Shown one piece after another: positions 35,736 through 46,909 of a stretch of DNA of 64,000 nucleotides; positions within the stretch are counted from its first letter, which is position 1, and every line of letters starts with the position of its first letter. Under the pieces are notes generated by a model. The model ran no database searches, was not told where the DNA came from, and saw only the letters and a program-made list of their open reading frames with translations. A program made the position numbers and the translations under genes. This DNA is from Flavobacterium sp. (lineage in GTDB: Bacteria; Bacteroidota; Bacteroidia; Flavobacteriales; Flavobacteriaceae), in assembly GCF_046153165.1 (NCBI RefSeq), contig NZ_JBJXEN010000010.1:5995-69994 (forward strand). The letters are read 5' to 3'.

Positions 35736-37871
35736 TTATTTCTTAATTCCTTCTAAATCTAACAAAAAACTAAATTCTTTAGCAACTTCTTTGAGTGCCT
35801 CAAAGCGTCCAGAAGCTCCTCCATGGCCTGCATCCATATTTGTATCTAAAAAAAGTAAGTTATCATCTGTTTTTAAAATCCTTAATTTCGCTACCCATTT
35901 CGCTGGTTCCCAGTACTGTACCTGTGAATCATGAAGTCCAGTCGTTACTAGCATATTTGGATATTTTTGTGCCACAACATTGTCGTATGGCGAATAGGAT
36001 TTCATATAATCATAATACTTTTTTATATTAGGATTCCCCCATTCGTCATATTCTCCTGTTGTTAGCGGAATAGTATCATCGAGCATTGTGGTAATTACAT
36101 CTACAAAAGGAACTTGAGCAATAATTCCGTTATATAATTCTGGTGCTTGGTTTATTACTGCTCCCATGAGCAATCCACCTGCTGAACCACCTTCGGCATA
36201 CAAATGTTTAGGTGATGTATATTTTTTAGAAATTAAATATTTAGAACAATCTATAAAATCTGTAAATGTATTTTTCTTTTTCAATAATTTTCCATCATCA
36301 TACCAAGGTCTTCCTAAATCTTCTCCTCCTCGAATGTGTGCTATGGCAAAAACAAATCCACGATCTAAAAGACTTAATCTAGTTGTTGAAAACGTGCAAT
36401 CCATAGAGTAACCATAAGAACCATAAGCATATTGTAACAATGGATTACTTCCATCGAGTTTCACTCCTACTTTATGAATCATCGAAATAGGAATTTTAAT
36501 TCCGTCACCAGCTGTAGCCCAAAGTCTTTTTTCTATATAATTATTCTTATCGAATTTTCCGCCTAAAACTTCCTGTTCTTTTTTAATTTCTTTAGTTTTT
36601 GTTCTCATATTAAAATCGATAACCGAAGATGGTGTAGTTAAAGATTGATAACCGTAACGAAGTATTTCGGTGTCAAAATCTACATTAGCACCTGTTGATG
36701 CCGAATAGGTTTCACTATCAAAAGGTAGATAATATTCTCCTTCACCACTCCATGGCATAATTCTTATTCTATGTAAGCCATTTTCGCGTTCTTCAACGAC
36801 CAAATAATCTTTAAAAATCTCGATATCTTCTAACAAAACAGATGAACGATGCGGAATAACTTCTGTCCAATTTTCTTTTGATGTTGACGTTTCTAATGTT
36901 TTCATCAATTTAAAATTCTCTGCCTCATCTTTATTAGTCATAATATAAAAACTATCACCGTAATGATTGATACTATATTCTAAACCACGAACACGTTTTT
37001 GGAACATTCTAAATTTTCCATCAGGATTATCGGCTTCAAGAATTTGATATTCAGTTGTAAGTGTGCTTCCAGACTCAATTGCTAAATATTTTTTAGATTT
37101 TGATTTAGCAATGTCTACATTATAAGTTTCATCTTTTTCGAAATAAACCAAAACATCTTCTGCCGATTTTGAGCCTAATTTATGCTTAAAAATTTTGTCC
37201 GAACGCAACGTAACTTCGTCTTGTGTTGAATAAAAAATAGTAAAATTATCATTTGCCCAAACAGCAGAACCAGATGTGTTTTCTATTTTATCCGATAAAA
37301 TTTCGTTTGTTTCTAGATTTTTTATTTGAATGGTATATATCCTTCTTCCTACAACATCCGAACTAAAAACAGCTAATTTATTATCTGGACTAACTGTTAA
37401 TCCACCCAACTGAAAATAAGAGTGTCCTTTTGCCATTTCGTTGCAATTGAACAAAATTTCTTCTTTTGCTTCTAAATTCTCTTTTTTACGAGAATATATA
37501 GGATAATCTTGTCCTTTTTCGAAACGAGTAATATAATAATAACCGTTATATAAATAAGGTACCGACTGATCATCTTCTTTGATTCTAGACTTCATTTCTT
37601 CGAACAATTCCTTCTGAAAATCCTTCGTATCAGCAGTCATTTCATTATAATATGCATTCTCTTTATTCAGATAATCAATAACTTCTGGATTTTCACGATT
37701 ATTAAGCCAATAATAATTATCAATTCTTATATCATTATGTATTTCTAAAGTATGAGGTTTTATAAGAGCTTGAGGTGGATTTATTTTTTTATGCATTTCT
37801 TGAGCGTAAATTTTATTATTTGGAAGTACAAAAATAAGACAAAGAACACTTAAAGTAAGTATCTTTTTCAT
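35736..37871 (-). CDS. ptrB: Oligopeptidase B (S9A), with signal peptide
   Basis: DNYYWL, GGSAGG nucleophile, HDSQV and GHGG motifs; likely start MKKILTL at 37871. Confidence 0.92.
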   Translation of the reverse strand: MKKILTLSVLCLIFVLPNNKIYAQEMHKKINPPQALIKPHTLEIHNDIRIDNYYWLNNRENPEVIDYLNKENAYYNEMTADTKDFQKELFEEMKSRIKEDDQSVPYLYNGYYYITRFEKGQDYPIYSRKKENLEAKEEILFNCNEMAKGHSYFQLGGLTVSPDNKLAVFSSDVVGRRIYTIQIKNLETNEILSDKIENTSGSAVWANDNFTIFYSTQDEVTLRSDKIFKHKLGSKSAEDVLVYFEKDETYNVDIAKSKSKKYLAIESGSTLTTEYQILEADNPDGKFRMFQKRVRGLEYSINHYGDSFYIMTNKDEAENFKLMKTLETSTSKENWTEVIPHRSSVLLEDIEIFKDYLVVEERENGLHRIRIMPWSGEGEYYLPFDSETYSASTGANVDFDTEILRYGYQSLTTPSSVIDFNMRTKTKEIKKEQEVLGGKFDKNNYIEKRLWATAGDGIKIPISMIHKVGVKLDGSNPLLQYAYGSYGYSMDCTFSTTRLSLLDRGFVFAIAHIRGGEDLGRPWYDDGKLLKKKNTFTDFIDCSKYLISKKYTSPKHLYAEGGSAGGLLMGAVINQAPELYNGIIAQVPFVDVITTMLDDTIPLTTGEYDEWGNPNIKKYYDYMKSYSPYDNVVAQKYPNMLVTTGLHDSQVQYWEPAKWVAKLRILKTDDNLLFLDTNMDAGHGGASGRFEALKEVAKEFSFLLDLEGIKK

Positions 37872-37906
37872 AATAAATGAAATTGAATTTATAACTTGCA
37901 ATTTAG

Positions 37907-37914
37907 TAAATTTG
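37907..37914 (+). promoter_or_regulatory. -7 promoter element for ybaB
   Basis: TAAATTTG, 26 nt before ATG. Confidence 0.55.
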
Positions 37915-37940
37915 CAGTAAATAATTTTAAAATTACAATA

Positions 37941-38261
37941 ATGGATTTAATGGGAATGATGGGAAAATTAAAAGAAACCCAACAAAAAATAGAAGATACA
38001 AAAAAACGTTTAGATACTGTTCTTATAGACGAGCAAAGTACTGATGGTTTACTTAAAATAACTCTGACAGCAAACAGCACTATAAAAAATATTTCTATTG
38101 CAGATTCTTTATTAGAAGATAAAGAGCAATTAGAAGATTATCTAATTTTAGTCATGAACAAAGCTATTGAAAAAGCTGCAAAAGTAAACCAAGCCGAATT
38201 AGACGCTGTTGCAAAAGTAGACATGCCTATGATTCCTGGTATGGAAGATATGTTTAAATAA
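37941..38261 (+). CDS. ybaB: YbaB/EbfC nucleoid-associated protein
   Basis: [28 protein letters not shown]-terminal IPGM; start trimmed to ATG 37941. Confidence 0.88.
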   Translation: MDLMGMMGKLKETQQKIEDTKKRLDTVLIDEQSTDGLLKITLTANSTIKNISIADSLLEDKEQLEDYLILVMNKAIEKAAKVNQAELDAVAKVDMPMIPGMEDMFK

Positions 38262-38266
38262 AAACC

Positions 38267-38319
38267 AAATTCATAAAAAAAATCGAGCCATTTCTGAGCT
38301 CGATTTTTTTTATGAATTT
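38267..38319. terminator. Bidirectional terminator between ybaB and sucD
   Basis: 22-bp perfect stem aaattcataaaaaaaatcgagc / gctcgattttttttatgaattt. Confidence 0.88.
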
Positions 38320-38329
38320 ATTTTAAGAT

Positions 38330-39202
38330 TTATCCTAAAACTTCTTTTACTTTTTTACCAATTTCTGCTGGAGAATCTACTACGTGAATACCACATTCTC
38401 TCATAATACGTTTTTTTGCTTCAGCCGTATCATCAGCTCCACCTACAATTGCACCTGCATGCCCCATTGTTCTTCCTGCTGGAGCAGTAACTCCTGCAAT
38501 AAAACCAACAACTGGCTTACGGTTACCATCAGCTTTTATCCAATGTGCTGCATCAGCTTCTAGTTGACCTCCAATTTCTCCAATCATTACGATACAATTA
38601 GTCTCTGGGTCATTCATTAACAACTCAACAGCTTCTTTTGTTGTAGTTCCAATAATTGGATCTCCTCCAATACCAATTGCTGTTGTTATTCCTAATCCTT
38701 GTTTTACAACTTGATCAGCAGCTTCGTAAGTTAATGTTCCTGATTTAGAAACAATTCCTACAGTTCCTTTTTTGAAAACAAAACCTGGCATAATACCTAC
38801 TTTTGCTTCACCAGGTGTAATAACTCCCGGACAGTTAGGTCCAACTAAACGACAGTTTCTTCCTTTAATATAATCATTTGCTTTAATCATATCTGCCACA
38901 GGAATACCTTCAGTAATTGTAATAATTACCTTAATTCCTGCATCAGCAGCTTCCATAATAGCATCAGCAGCAAAAGCTGGTGGCACAAAAATAATAGTTG
39001 TATCTGCACCTGCTTGTTCTACAGCATCTTTTACAGTATTAAAAACTGGACGATCTAAATGCGTAGTTCCACCTTTTCCTGGTGTTACACCACCTACAAC
39101 ATTTGTTCCGTATTCGATCATTTGTTCAGCGTGGAAAGTTCCTTCGCTTCCTGTAAATCCTTGAACTATTATTTTTGAATCTTTATTAACTAAAACACTC
39201 AT
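38330..39202 (-). CDS. sucD: Succinyl-CoA ligase alpha subunit
   Basis: [20 protein letters not shown] and MGHAGA (phospho-His) motifs. Confidence 0.98.
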   Translation of the reverse strand: MSVLVNKDSKIIVQGFTGSEGTFHAEQMIEYGTNVVGGVTPGKGGTTHLDRPVFNTVKDAVEQAGADTTIIFVPPAFAADAIMEAADAGIKVIITITEGIPVADMIKANDYIKGRNCRLVGPNCPGVITPGEAKVGIMPGFVFKKGTVGIVSKSGTLTYEAADQVVKQGLGITTAIGIGGDPIIGTTTKEAVELLMNDPETNCIVMIGEIGGQLEADAAHWIKADGNRKPVVGFIAGVTAPAGRTMGHAGAIVGGADDTAEAKKRIMRECGIHVVDSPAEIGKKVKEVLG

Positions 39203-39236
39203 GATATATTTTTTATGTTATTTTTTTATTGTGTTG

Positions 39237-39244
39237 CAAAAGTA
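39237..39244 (-). promoter_or_regulatory. -7 promoter element for sucD
   Basis: TACTTTTG on minus strand. Confidence 0.55.
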
Positions 39245-39250
39245 TGAAAT

Positions 39251-39281
39251 AGTAATTAGTAATTAGCAATTAGCAATTAGT
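39251..39281. repeat. Heptamer tandem repeat AG(T/C)AATT x4.4
   Basis: agtaatt agtaatt agcaatt agcaatt agt. Confidence 0.8.
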
Positions 39282-39313
39282 TTTTTAAGTCCTTTTGCTA
39301 AATTTATATATTT

Positions 39314-39682
39314 TTATGACAACTGACTCATTTGAAATCCGCGATATAATTTTCCGTCTTTTAATTCCCAAATAACTATAAAATGTGCCAGAATCATTTC
39401 TTCTCTTGGATTCTCGATTGTCTTTATATAATGGCTATATCTTACTGTAACTTTGTTATTATCCTCTAATAAATGTGTAATATATACTCTAGAAGAATGA
39501 TATGCTTTGCCCATCTGGTTAACAATATTTACCATTTCTTCTTTATTCATTTGAAGAAAACCTTTGCTACTATTCCAATCTAATGAAACATCCGGATGCA
39601 TATAGGTATCCAATAAAGTACTATCTAGAAAAACATTAGACTTATAAAAATCTTTGACTAATTCTTTTGCGGTCATCTTCAT
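39314..39682 (-). CDS. NTF2/SnoaL-like domain protein
   Basis: 122 aa; HPDVSLDW and [17 protein letters not shown] pattern. Confidence 0.75.
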   Translation of the reverse strand: MKMTAKELVKDFYKSNVFLDSTLLDTYMHPDVSLDWNSSKGFLQMNKEEMVNIVNQMGKAYHSSRVYITHLLEDNNKVTVRYSHYIKTIENPREEMILAHFIVIWELKDGKLYRGFQMSQLS

Positions 39683-40611
39683 TTAAGTTTATTTATGATT
39701 TCTGGAATTCGTTTTATATTGGCTAATTGTTTTAGTTTTTCTCGAGATTCTTCTACTGGAGTACCAAAATAAGATTTCCCTCCTTCAATAGATTTAGTAA
39801 CCCCTGTTTGTCCCATAACAACTGCTTTTGCGCCAATTGTAATTCCACTAGTTGTACCTACTTGTCCCCAAAGTGTAACCTCATCTTCAATAATTACGCA
39901 ACCAGCAATTCCTGTTTGTGAAGCAATTAAACATTTTTTTCCAATGATGGTATCATGTCCTACGTGAACTTGATTGTCAATTTTTGTTCCTTCACCAATA
40001 GTTGTATCACCAGTAACTCCTTTGTCGATAGTACAAAGTGCTCCTATGCCTACATTATCTTCAATAATCACACGGCCACCAGAAATTAATTGATCGAAAC
40101 CATCTGGACGTTTTTTGTAATAGAAAGCATCCGCACCTAGAATTGTTCCTGCGTGAATAATCACGTCATTTCCAATAATAGTATTATCGTAAATTGAAAC
40201 ATTAGAATGAATGAGACAATTTTCGCCAATTACAACATTGTTTCCAATGAAAGAATTGGGTTGAATAACGGTTCCTTTTCCTATTTTGGCAGAAGCCGAA
40301 ATAGCAACATTTGATGCTTGAAAAGGTCTGAAATGATTTGTTAATTTATTAAAATCCCGAAACGGGTCATCAGAAATCAACAATGCTTTACCTTCAGGAC
40401 AAACTACATTTTTATTTATTAAAATAATCGTTGCAGCCGATTGTAATGCTTTATCATAATATTTGGGATGATCTACAAACACAATATCTCCTGCTTCTAC
40501 TACATGAATTTCATTCATACCTAAAACAGCAAAATTATCATCACCTACATATTCGCAGTTAATAATATTTGCAATTGCTGCAAGAGTTTGTTTTTGGGGA
40601 AATTTCATCAA
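39679..40611 (-). CDS. LpxD-like acyltransferase paralog
   Basis: Hexapeptide repeats, [16 protein letters not shown] and ASQTGIAG motifs. Confidence 0.8.
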   Translation of the reverse strand: MMKFPQKQTLAAIANIINCEYVGDDNFAVLGMNEIHVVEAGDIVFVDHPKYYDKALQSAATIILINKNVVCPEGKALLISDDPFRDFNKLTNHFRPFQASNVAISASAKIGKGTVIQPNSFIGNNVVIGENCLIHSNVSIYDNTIIGNDVIIHAGTILGADAFYYKKRPDGFDQLISGGRVIIEDNVGIGALCTIDKGVTGDTTIGEGTKIDNQVHVGHDTIIGKKCLIASQTGIAGCVIIEDEVTLWGQVGTTSGITIGAKAVVMGQTGVTKSIEGGKSYFGTPVEESREKLKQLANIKRIPEIINKLK

Positions 40612-40614
40612 AAA

Positions 40615-41178
40615 TTATTTTACACGTTCCATATAAGAACCTGAAGCGGTATCAATTTTTATTTTATCTCCTTCATTTATAAACAAAGGAACATTTATAG
40701 AAGCCCCTGTTTCTACCGTAGCAGATTTTGTAGCATTTGTAGCGGTATTTCCTTTTACTCCTGGTTCAGCATAAGTAACTTCTAAGATTATTGATGCTGG
40801 CATATCTACAGAAAGCGGTAAATCTGTTTCGGTATTTACTTGTACCATTACATTTGTTCCTTCTTTTAGTAAATCTGGAGCGTCAAGTATTTTTTTATCT
40901 AAGGTAATTTGCTCAAAAGATTCGATATTCATAAAATGAAATTGATCTCCTTCAGCATACAAATACTGATAAGTGTGTGTTTCTACACGAACTTCATCTA
41001 TTTTGTGCCCCGCAGAAAAAGTATTATCTAATACTTTTCCGTTTGTTAAACTTTTTAGTTTTGTACGAACAAAAGCTGGTCCTTTACCAGGCTTTACATG
41101 TAGGAATTCGATAATTTTATAAATATCATGATTAAATTTGATACACAATCCGTTTCTTATATCTGATGTAGATGCCAT
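40615..41178 (-). CDS. efp: Elongation factor P
   Basis: HVKPGKGPAFVRTK, PGVKGNTAT and VPLFINEGD motifs. Confidence 0.98.
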   Translation of the reverse strand: MASTSDIRNGLCIKFNHDIYKIIEFLHVKPGKGPAFVRTKLKSLTNGKVLDNTFSAGHKIDEVRVETHTYQYLYAEGDQFHFMNIESFEQITLDKKILDAPDLLKEGTNVMVQVNTETDLPLSVDMPASIILEVTYAEPGVKGNTATNATKSATVETGASINVPLFINEGDKIKIDTASGSYMERVK

Positions 41179-41265
41179 TTTTTATTTGTTTATTCTGTTA
41201 TTTATTAATTTGTTTAATCGTTATTTTTTAATCGGTTGACCTAATTAACGATTAAATGAGAAGAT

Positions 41266-42048
41266 CTATACTCCCGTATATCCTTTCATAATACCTCTAG
41301 AGGAATTTCTTATAAAACCTAAAATTTCATCTCTTTCTGGAGTAGCTTCCATTTCTGCTTCAATAATTGCTAAGGCTTGAGAAGTATTGTAATTTTTTTG
41401 ATATAGGGTTCTGTATATACTTTGAATTTCACTGATTTTTTCGGTAGTAAATCCTCTTCTTCTTAGCCCTACAGAATTTATACCTACATAAGATAAAGGT
41501 TCTTTTGCTGCTTTTGTATAAGGCGGAACATCTTTTCTTACTAGAGATCCTCCTGAAACCATAGCATGATCTCCAATAGATATAAATTGATGAATGGCTG
41601 CTAAGCCACCAATGATTGCAAAATCACCAACTGTAACGTGACCAGCAAGTGCTACACCATTTACCACAATAGCATTTTTTCCTATATGACAATCATGTGC
41701 AATATGTGCCGTTGCCATAATTAGACAATTGTCACCAATAGTTGTTTGCCCTGAAGCAATTGTACCTCTATTTACAGTAACACATTCTCTAATTGTAACA
41801 TTATCTCCAATTACGGTAAGTGAATCTTCTCCTCCAAATTTCAAATCTTGTGGTATTGCAGAAATTACTGCACCAGGAAAAATATTACAATTTTTACCTA
41901 TTCGTGCTCCTTCCATAATAGTTACGTTAGAACCTATCCAAGTTCCGTCGCCAATAACTACATTATTATGTATGGTTGTAAATGGTTCTATAACTACATT
42001 TTTGGCAATTTTTGCGCCTGGATGTACATATGCTAATGGTTGATTCAT
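41266..42048 (-). CDS. lpxA: UDP-N-acetylglucosamine O-acyltransferase
   Basis: PQDLKF, IRECVTVNRGT and HIAHDC motifs; start trimmed to MNQPLAY. Confidence 0.96.
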   Translation of the reverse strand: MNQPLAYVHPGAKIAKNVVIEPFTTIHNNVVIGDGTWIGSNVTIMEGARIGKNCNIFPGAVISAIPQDLKFGGEDSLTVIGDNVTIRECVTVNRGTIASGQTTIGDNCLIMATAHIAHDCHIGKNAIVVNGVALAGHVTVGDFAIIGGLAAIHQFISIGDHAMVSGGSLVRKDVPPYTKAAKEPLSYVGINSVGLRRRGFTTEKISEIQSIYRTLYQKNYNTSQALAIIEAEMEATPERDEILGFIRNSSRGIMKGYTGV

Positions 42049-42052
42049 ATTC

Positions 42053-43441
42053 TTATTGTTTTTTAGCAATTTGCGCCATTAATTCTGCTTCGGCAACTAA
42101 TTTTCCGTTTGCATAAGCATGGGCTTGCATGTGACAAATTCCTCTTCGTATTGGTGTTATCAAATCACATTTGAATATTAATGTATCTCCTGGTAGTACT
42201 TTTTGCTTGAACTTTACGTTATCTATTTTCATAAAATAAGTAAGGTAATTTTCTGGATCTGGAACAGAACTTAAAATTAAAATTCCGCCTGTTTGCGCCA
42301 TTGCCTCAACAATAATTACACCTGGCATCACTGGAGCTCCTGGAAAATGACCAACAAAAAACGTTTCGTTCATTGTTACATTTTTTAAACCTACAACGTA
42401 GCTATCTGTCATTTCGATAATTCTATCTACAAATAAAAATGGTGGACGGTGTGGTAAAATACTCATAATTTTATGAATATCCATCAGAGGTTCTTTGTTT
42501 AAATCATAAACCGGAACATAATTGCGTTGTTCAGCTTTAATAATTTTAGACATTTTTTTTGCAAATTGAGTGTTTACAAAATGTCCTGGTTTATTAGCAA
42601 TTACTTTCCCTTTTATTCTTGTCCCTATTAGTGACAGATCTCCCATCACATCAAGTAATTTGTGGCGAGCTGCTTCGTTAGGATAATGTAAAGTTAGATT
42701 ATCTAAAACTCCATTTGGTGTAACAGAAATTTTATCTTTTCCAAAAGCTATTTTTAATCTATCCATCGTTTCGGCAGAAATTTCTTTATCTACATAAACA
42801 ATAGCATTATTTAAATCTCCTCCTTTTATTAATCCGTTTTCTAATAATGTTTCTAATTCGTGTAAGAAACTAAAAGTTCGGCAATCGGCAATTTCAGTTT
42901 TAAACTGGCTAATACTTTTCATGCTTGCATTTTGAGTACCTAATACTTTTGTACCAAAATCTACCATAGCAGTTACACAGTACTCCTCAGCTGGCATAAC
43001 AATTATTTCGCTTCCTGTTGCTTCATCTATATAAGAAATAACTTCTTTTACAACATAAACATTTCTTTCAGCATTTTGTTCTGCAATTCCTGCTTTTTCG
43101 ATAGCTTCTACAAAATATTTAGAAGAACCATCCATGATTGGAAGTTCTGAAGCATTTAATTCGATAATAACATTATCTAAATCGCAACCTACTAATGCGG
43201 CTAGAACATGCTCTGGTGTTTGAATTTTTACTCCTAATTTTTCTAAATTTGTACCACGTTGCGTGTTTACAACATAATTTGCATCAGCTTCAATTATAGG
43301 CGAACCTTCTAAATCTACTCTAACAAAAGTAAACCCACTATTTATTGGTGCTGGTTTAAAAGTTATTTTTACTTCATTACCAGTATGAAGTCCAACTCCT
43401 GTAAGAGAAATTTCGTTATTGATGGTTTTTTGTTTGACCAT
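42053..43441 (-). CDS. lpxC: Bifunctional LpxC/FabZ
   Basis: GVGLHTG, TPEHVLAAL, RHKLLD; C-terminal LPHRPPFL and GHFPGAPVMPGV. Confidence 0.97.
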   Translation of the reverse strand: MVKQKTINNEISLTGVGLHTGNEVKITFKPAPINSGFTFVRVDLEGSPIIEADANYVVNTQRGTNLEKLGVKIQTPEHVLAALVGCDLDNVIIELNASELPIMDGSSKYFVEAIEKAGIAEQNAERNVYVVKEVISYIDEATGSEIIVMPAEEYCVTAMVDFGTKVLGTQNASMKSISQFKTEIADCRTFSFLHELETLLENGLIKGGDLNNAIVYVDKEISAETMDRLKIAFGKDKISVTPNGVLDNLTLHYPNEAARHKLLDVMGDLSLIGTRIKGKVIANKPGHFVNTQFAKKMSKIIKAEQRNYVPVYDLNKEPLMDIHKIMSILPHRPPFLFVDRIIEMTDSYVVGLKNVTMNETFFVGHFPGAPVMPGVIIVEAMAQTGGILILSSVPDPENYLTYFMKIDNVKFKQKVLPGDTLIFKCDLITPIRRGICHMQAHAYANGKLVAEAELMAQIAKKQ

Positions 43442-43443
43442 AA

Positions 43444-44463
43444 TTATTTTATTATTTTTTTTAATTCTTCTAATTCACCTACAATTTTCGGAAGGTTTTT
43501 AAAATGCACATATGATTTACTATATTCTGAATACCCAAATGACGGGCTTCCTTGTAAGGTTTCATTGTCTTTAATATTTTTACCAACTCCAGATTGTGCT
43601 TGTATTCTTACATTATTACCAATGGTTAAATGTCCTGCTATTCCCACTTGACCTCCTATCATACAGCTTTTCCCAATTTTTGTAGATCCTGCAATACCTG
43701 TTTGCGCTGCAATTACAGTATTCTCACCAATTTCTACATTGTGAGCTATTTGAATTTGGTTATCTAGCTTTACCCCTTTTCTAATGATTGTAGAACCTAG
43801 AGTTGCTCTATCTATTGTGGTACAAGCTCCAATATCTACATTATCTTCGATAATTACATTTCCAATTTGAGGAACTTTACTATAAACTCCTTCTTCGTTT
43901 GGCACAAAACCAAAACCATCAGCACCTATTGTTGTTCCAGAATGAATTGTACAATTACTACCTATTTCGGTTTCTGAATATATTTTAGCTCCTGCAAAAA
44001 TAATTGTATTATCTCCAATTTTCACATTGTCACCTATGAAACTATTAGGGTAAATTTTTACATTTTCGCCAATAATTACATTTTCGCCAATGTAACTAAA
44101 ACTTCCTAAATAGAAATTAATTCCGTGTTTTGTCGATTCAGGCAGCACACAAGGAATTTCGATACCTACTTTATTATTTTTTACTTGATTATAAAACTCT
44201 AATAATTTTGCAAAAGATTTATATGCATCCTCCACTTTTATTAATGTGGTTGTTATTGGATTTTCAGGAACAAACGTATTGTTTACAATAGTTATTGTTG
44301 CTTTTGTTTCGTATATAAAGTTTGCATATTTAGGATTTGCTAAAAAAGTTAAGGAACCTTCGGTACCTTCTTCTATCTTAGATAATTTAGAAACTTCTGC
44401 TGCTGGATTCCCAACAATTTCTCCTTCTAATATTCCGGCTATCTGTTCGGCTGTAAATTTCAT
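43444..44463 (-). CDS. lpxD: UDP-3-O-acylglucosamine N-acyltransferase
   Basis: [27 protein letters not shown] and [10 protein letters not shown] motifs. Confidence 0.96.
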   Translation of the reverse strand: MKFTAEQIAGILEGEIVGNPAAEVSKLSKIEEGTEGSLTFLANPKYANFIYETKATITIVNNTFVPENPITTTLIKVEDAYKSFAKLLEFYNQVKNNKVGIEIPCVLPESTKHGINFYLGSFSYIGENVIIGENVKIYPNSFIGDNVKIGDNTIIFAGAKIYSETEIGSNCTIHSGTTIGADGFGFVPNEEGVYSKVPQIGNVIIEDNVDIGACTTIDRATLGSTIIRKGVKLDNQIQIAHNVEIGENTVIAAQTGIAGSTKIGKSCMIGGQVGIAGHLTIGNNVRIQAQSGVGKNIKDNETLQGSPSFGYSEYSKSYVHFKNLPKIVGELEELKKIIK

Positions 44464-44468
44464 CGTGA

Positions 44469-44476
44469 CAAAAATA
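44469..44476 (-). promoter_or_regulatory. -7 element only 5 nt upstream of lpxD ATG
   Basis: TATTTTTG-tcacg-ATG on minus strand. Confidence 0.55.
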
Positions 44477-44496
44477 TAAAAATTTAAAAAGAAACA

Positions 44497-45732
44497 TTAT
44501 ATTTTATTGAGTTGTTTTGGAAAACATATAAAATATTTAGTTACCTGTTTAGATAATGCTCTTAGATTTAACTGATCTGAGATTAATGCCACATCTTCTA
44601 TAACTCCATCTTTTTTGAGTATTCTTATAGGCTCAGCCGATTTACTATAGGCTTGATTTCTTATTTTCCCTTTAAAAACAAAATATTTTGCTTCATGTAT
44701 TCCTATATTATTTTCTTTCGAAAACTGTTCAGTTAAGTCTTGAACTTGTTCTTTTGAGAATTTATCCTCATTCATTTTAATTTTTAACAAATCTCTGTTA
44801 ATGATCATTTTACTTAATGAACTTAATGTAAAATCCTGATGTGATTGCCATTGTTTTATCGCTCCAACAATATCAGTATCATCTAATTGAGCAAATTTAT
44901 CAAGAATATCATCATTAAAATCTGCTAAACTTATTTTATTTTGAATAAAGTAAAATAGGTTTTCACTGCATGTAATTGGGATTCCTTTTTGATATAATTC
45001 TTTGGCTCTTTTTAATATATTTGTTAGAGTTAATTCGGCAACTAAACTTGTTTTATGTAAATATACTTGCCAATACATTAGTCGTCGTGCCATTAGAAAT
45101 TTTTCGACCGAATAAATTCCTTTTTCTTCTATAACCAAGACATCATCAACAACATTCATCATCTGAATTAATCGATCTGAATTTATCTTCCCTTCTTCGA
45201 CACCTGAATAAAAACTATCACGTTTCAGGTAATCCATTCTATCCATATCTAATTGGCTAGAAATAAGTTGCAGCATAAATTTTCGATGATATTCTCCTTT
45301 AAAAATCTGAATAGCTAAACTTAATTGTCCGCCGAATTCGACATTCAATTTATTCATAAATAATAAAGAAATTTCTTCGTGATGCACATCTTCTACAATA
45401 CTATGTTCCATGGCGTGGGAAAAAGGACCATGACCAATATCGTGTAATAAAATTGCTATGTACAAAGCATTTTCTTCTTCGGGAGAAATTATCGTATTTT
45501 TAAATCTAAGTACTTGAATAGCTTTCTGCATAATATGCAAACAACCTAAAGCATGATGAAATCTTGTATGATTGGCTCCTGGATAAACTAGGTATGATAA
45601 TCCCATCTGAGAAATTCTTCGCAGTCTCTGAAAATATGGATGCTGAATTAAATCATAAATTAACGGATTGGGAATAGTTATAAATCCGTAAATTGGATCG
45701 TTGAATATTTTTAACTTATTTGTGTTGTCCAC
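44497..45732 (-). CDS. HD-domain phosphohydrolase (dNTPase/SAMHD1-like)
   Basis: FNDPIYG, QRLRRISQ, HTRFHH, LLHDIGHGPFSH and DMDRMDYLKRD motifs; probable GTG start 45732. Confidence 0.9.
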   Translation of the reverse strand: MDNTNKLKIFNDPIYGFITIPNPLIYDLIQHPYFQRLRRISQMGLSYLVYPGANHTRFHHALGCLHIMQKAIQVLRFKNTIISPEEENALYIAILLHDIGHGPFSHAMEHSIVEDVHHEEISLLFMNKLNVEFGGQLSLAIQIFKGEYHRKFMLQLISSQLDMDRMDYLKRDSFYSGVEEGKINSDRLIQMMNVVDDVLVIEEKGIYSVEKFLMARRLMYWQVYLHKTSLVAELTLTNILKRAKELYQKGIPITCSENLFYFIQNKISLADFNDDILDKFAQLDDTDIVGAIKQWQSHQDFTLSSLSKMIINRDLLKIKMNEDKFSKEQVQDLTEQFSKENNIGIHEAKYFVFKGKIRNQAYSKSAEPIRILKKDGVIEDVALISDQLNLRALSKQVTKYFICFPKQLNKI

Positions 45733-45790
45733 TTTTTTCAATTTATACAAATATAGAAAAGATAAGATACGATTTCATAATTTGTAGAAA

Positions 45791-45832
45791 TTAAAAATCC
45801 CTTTTTGAAAATGTTCAAAAAGGGATTTTTAA
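45791..45832. terminator. Intrinsic terminator after the 45846 gene
   Basis: ttaaaaatccctttttgaa / ttcaaaaagggatttttaa. Confidence 0.85.
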
Positions 45833-45845
45833 TATTCTATAAATG

Positions 45846-46463
45846 TTATTTTCTTTTCTTTTTCGTTGGTTTAGTACCTGCTGGACTAGTAGGTTTTGCA
45901 ACTTCATACCTCATCGAGGTTACATTATAAGTATATTTTGTATCTGAAGATTTATCTCTTAACGAAAAATCTTCTCCTAAAAATACAAATTCATATCCAG
46001 ATTTTCTTGTTCTTTCTTGTGTTTCAGAAGCTGTTTTGAGTTTGTCTAAAAAAACAATTTCCTTAATTTTTGCAGCAGTTTGTGTATTTCCTATTAACAA
46101 TGTTTTAGTTGCAGGATTCCATATTTGAGATTCTACAGTAGTAGTTTCTTCTTTTTTTAGTTTGGTTTCTACAATACTACTTTCCGTCCAAGTTACATAA
46201 TACATTGGAGTTCCTTTAGTTGTATAACTTTTTATACTACATAAAGTAGGCATTGCTTTTACATCATACTTTTTTAGTAATAAGGTGTCCTTTTTTGCAC
46301 CATTTGAAATAAAAAAATAAAAGTTATTTTTACTCATTTCCGCCGAAGCATTTCCACTTTTTGCAATTACAACATTAGGAATAACTGCTTCAGGTTTCTT
46401 TTTCTTTTGACTGTATATATTTCCGAAACATAGAAGTAAAGTAAATAAGGCTATTTTTTTCAT
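45846..46463 (-). CDS. Exported hypothetical protein with Lys-rich termini
   Basis: Signal peptide MKKIALFTLLLCFGNIYS; ATG 46463 lies downstream of a TAAATTTG at 46495-46502. Confidence 0.7.
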   Translation of the reverse strand: MKKIALFTLLLCFGNIYSQKKKKPEAVIPNVVIAKSGNASAEMSKNNFYFFISNGAKKDTLLLKKYDVKAMPTLCSIKSYTTKGTPMYYVTWTESSIVETKLKKEETTTVESQIWNPATKTLLIGNTQTAAKIKEIVFLDKLKTASETQERTRKSGYEFVFLGEDFSLRDKSSDTKYTYNVTSMRYEVAKPTSPAGTKPTKKKRK

Positions 46464-46537
46464 AATTTGGGTGTGTTTTTGGTACAGCAATATACAAATT
46501 TATTTGAACCATCAAAATTAAAAAAATGTTATAAATT

Positions 46538-46906
46538 TTACTTAGAGATAGCATTTAACAATAATTGTGCGGTGGCTTCGTTTGTAGCTAAAGGAACATT
46601 ATGAACATCGCAAACACGAATAAGCATATTTATATCTACTTCGTGCGGGTGACTTGAGTTTGGATCTTTAAAAAACAAAACCATCTGTGTTTTTCCTTCA
46701 GCAACACGGGCTGCAATTTGAGCATCCCCTCCCATAGGCCCAGAGAGCATTTTTGTAACTTGAAAACCAGCATTTTCTGCTTTAGTCCCTGTTGTTCCTG
46801 TTGCAATTAAGGAAATATTTTTTGCATGAAGAATTGATGCATTTTTATTTAGAAACTGAACTAAATCAGCTTTCATCCGGTCGTGAGCAATTATAGCAAT
46901 TTCCAT
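46538..46906 (-). CDS. mgsA: Methylglyoxal synthase
   Basis: IAHD, ATGTTG, SGPMGGDAQI and HPHEVDI motifs. Confidence 0.96.
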   Translation of the reverse strand: MEIAIIAHDRMKADLVQFLNKNASILHAKNISLIATGTTGTKAENAGFQVTKMLSGPMGGDAQIAARVAEGKTQMVLFFKDPNSSHPHEVDINMLIRVCDVHNVPLATNEATAQLLLNAISK

Positions 46907-46909
46907 TTA

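Noticed and set aside
42053-43441. LpxC-FabZ fusion as a novelty
   Set aside because: Standard in Bacteroidota.
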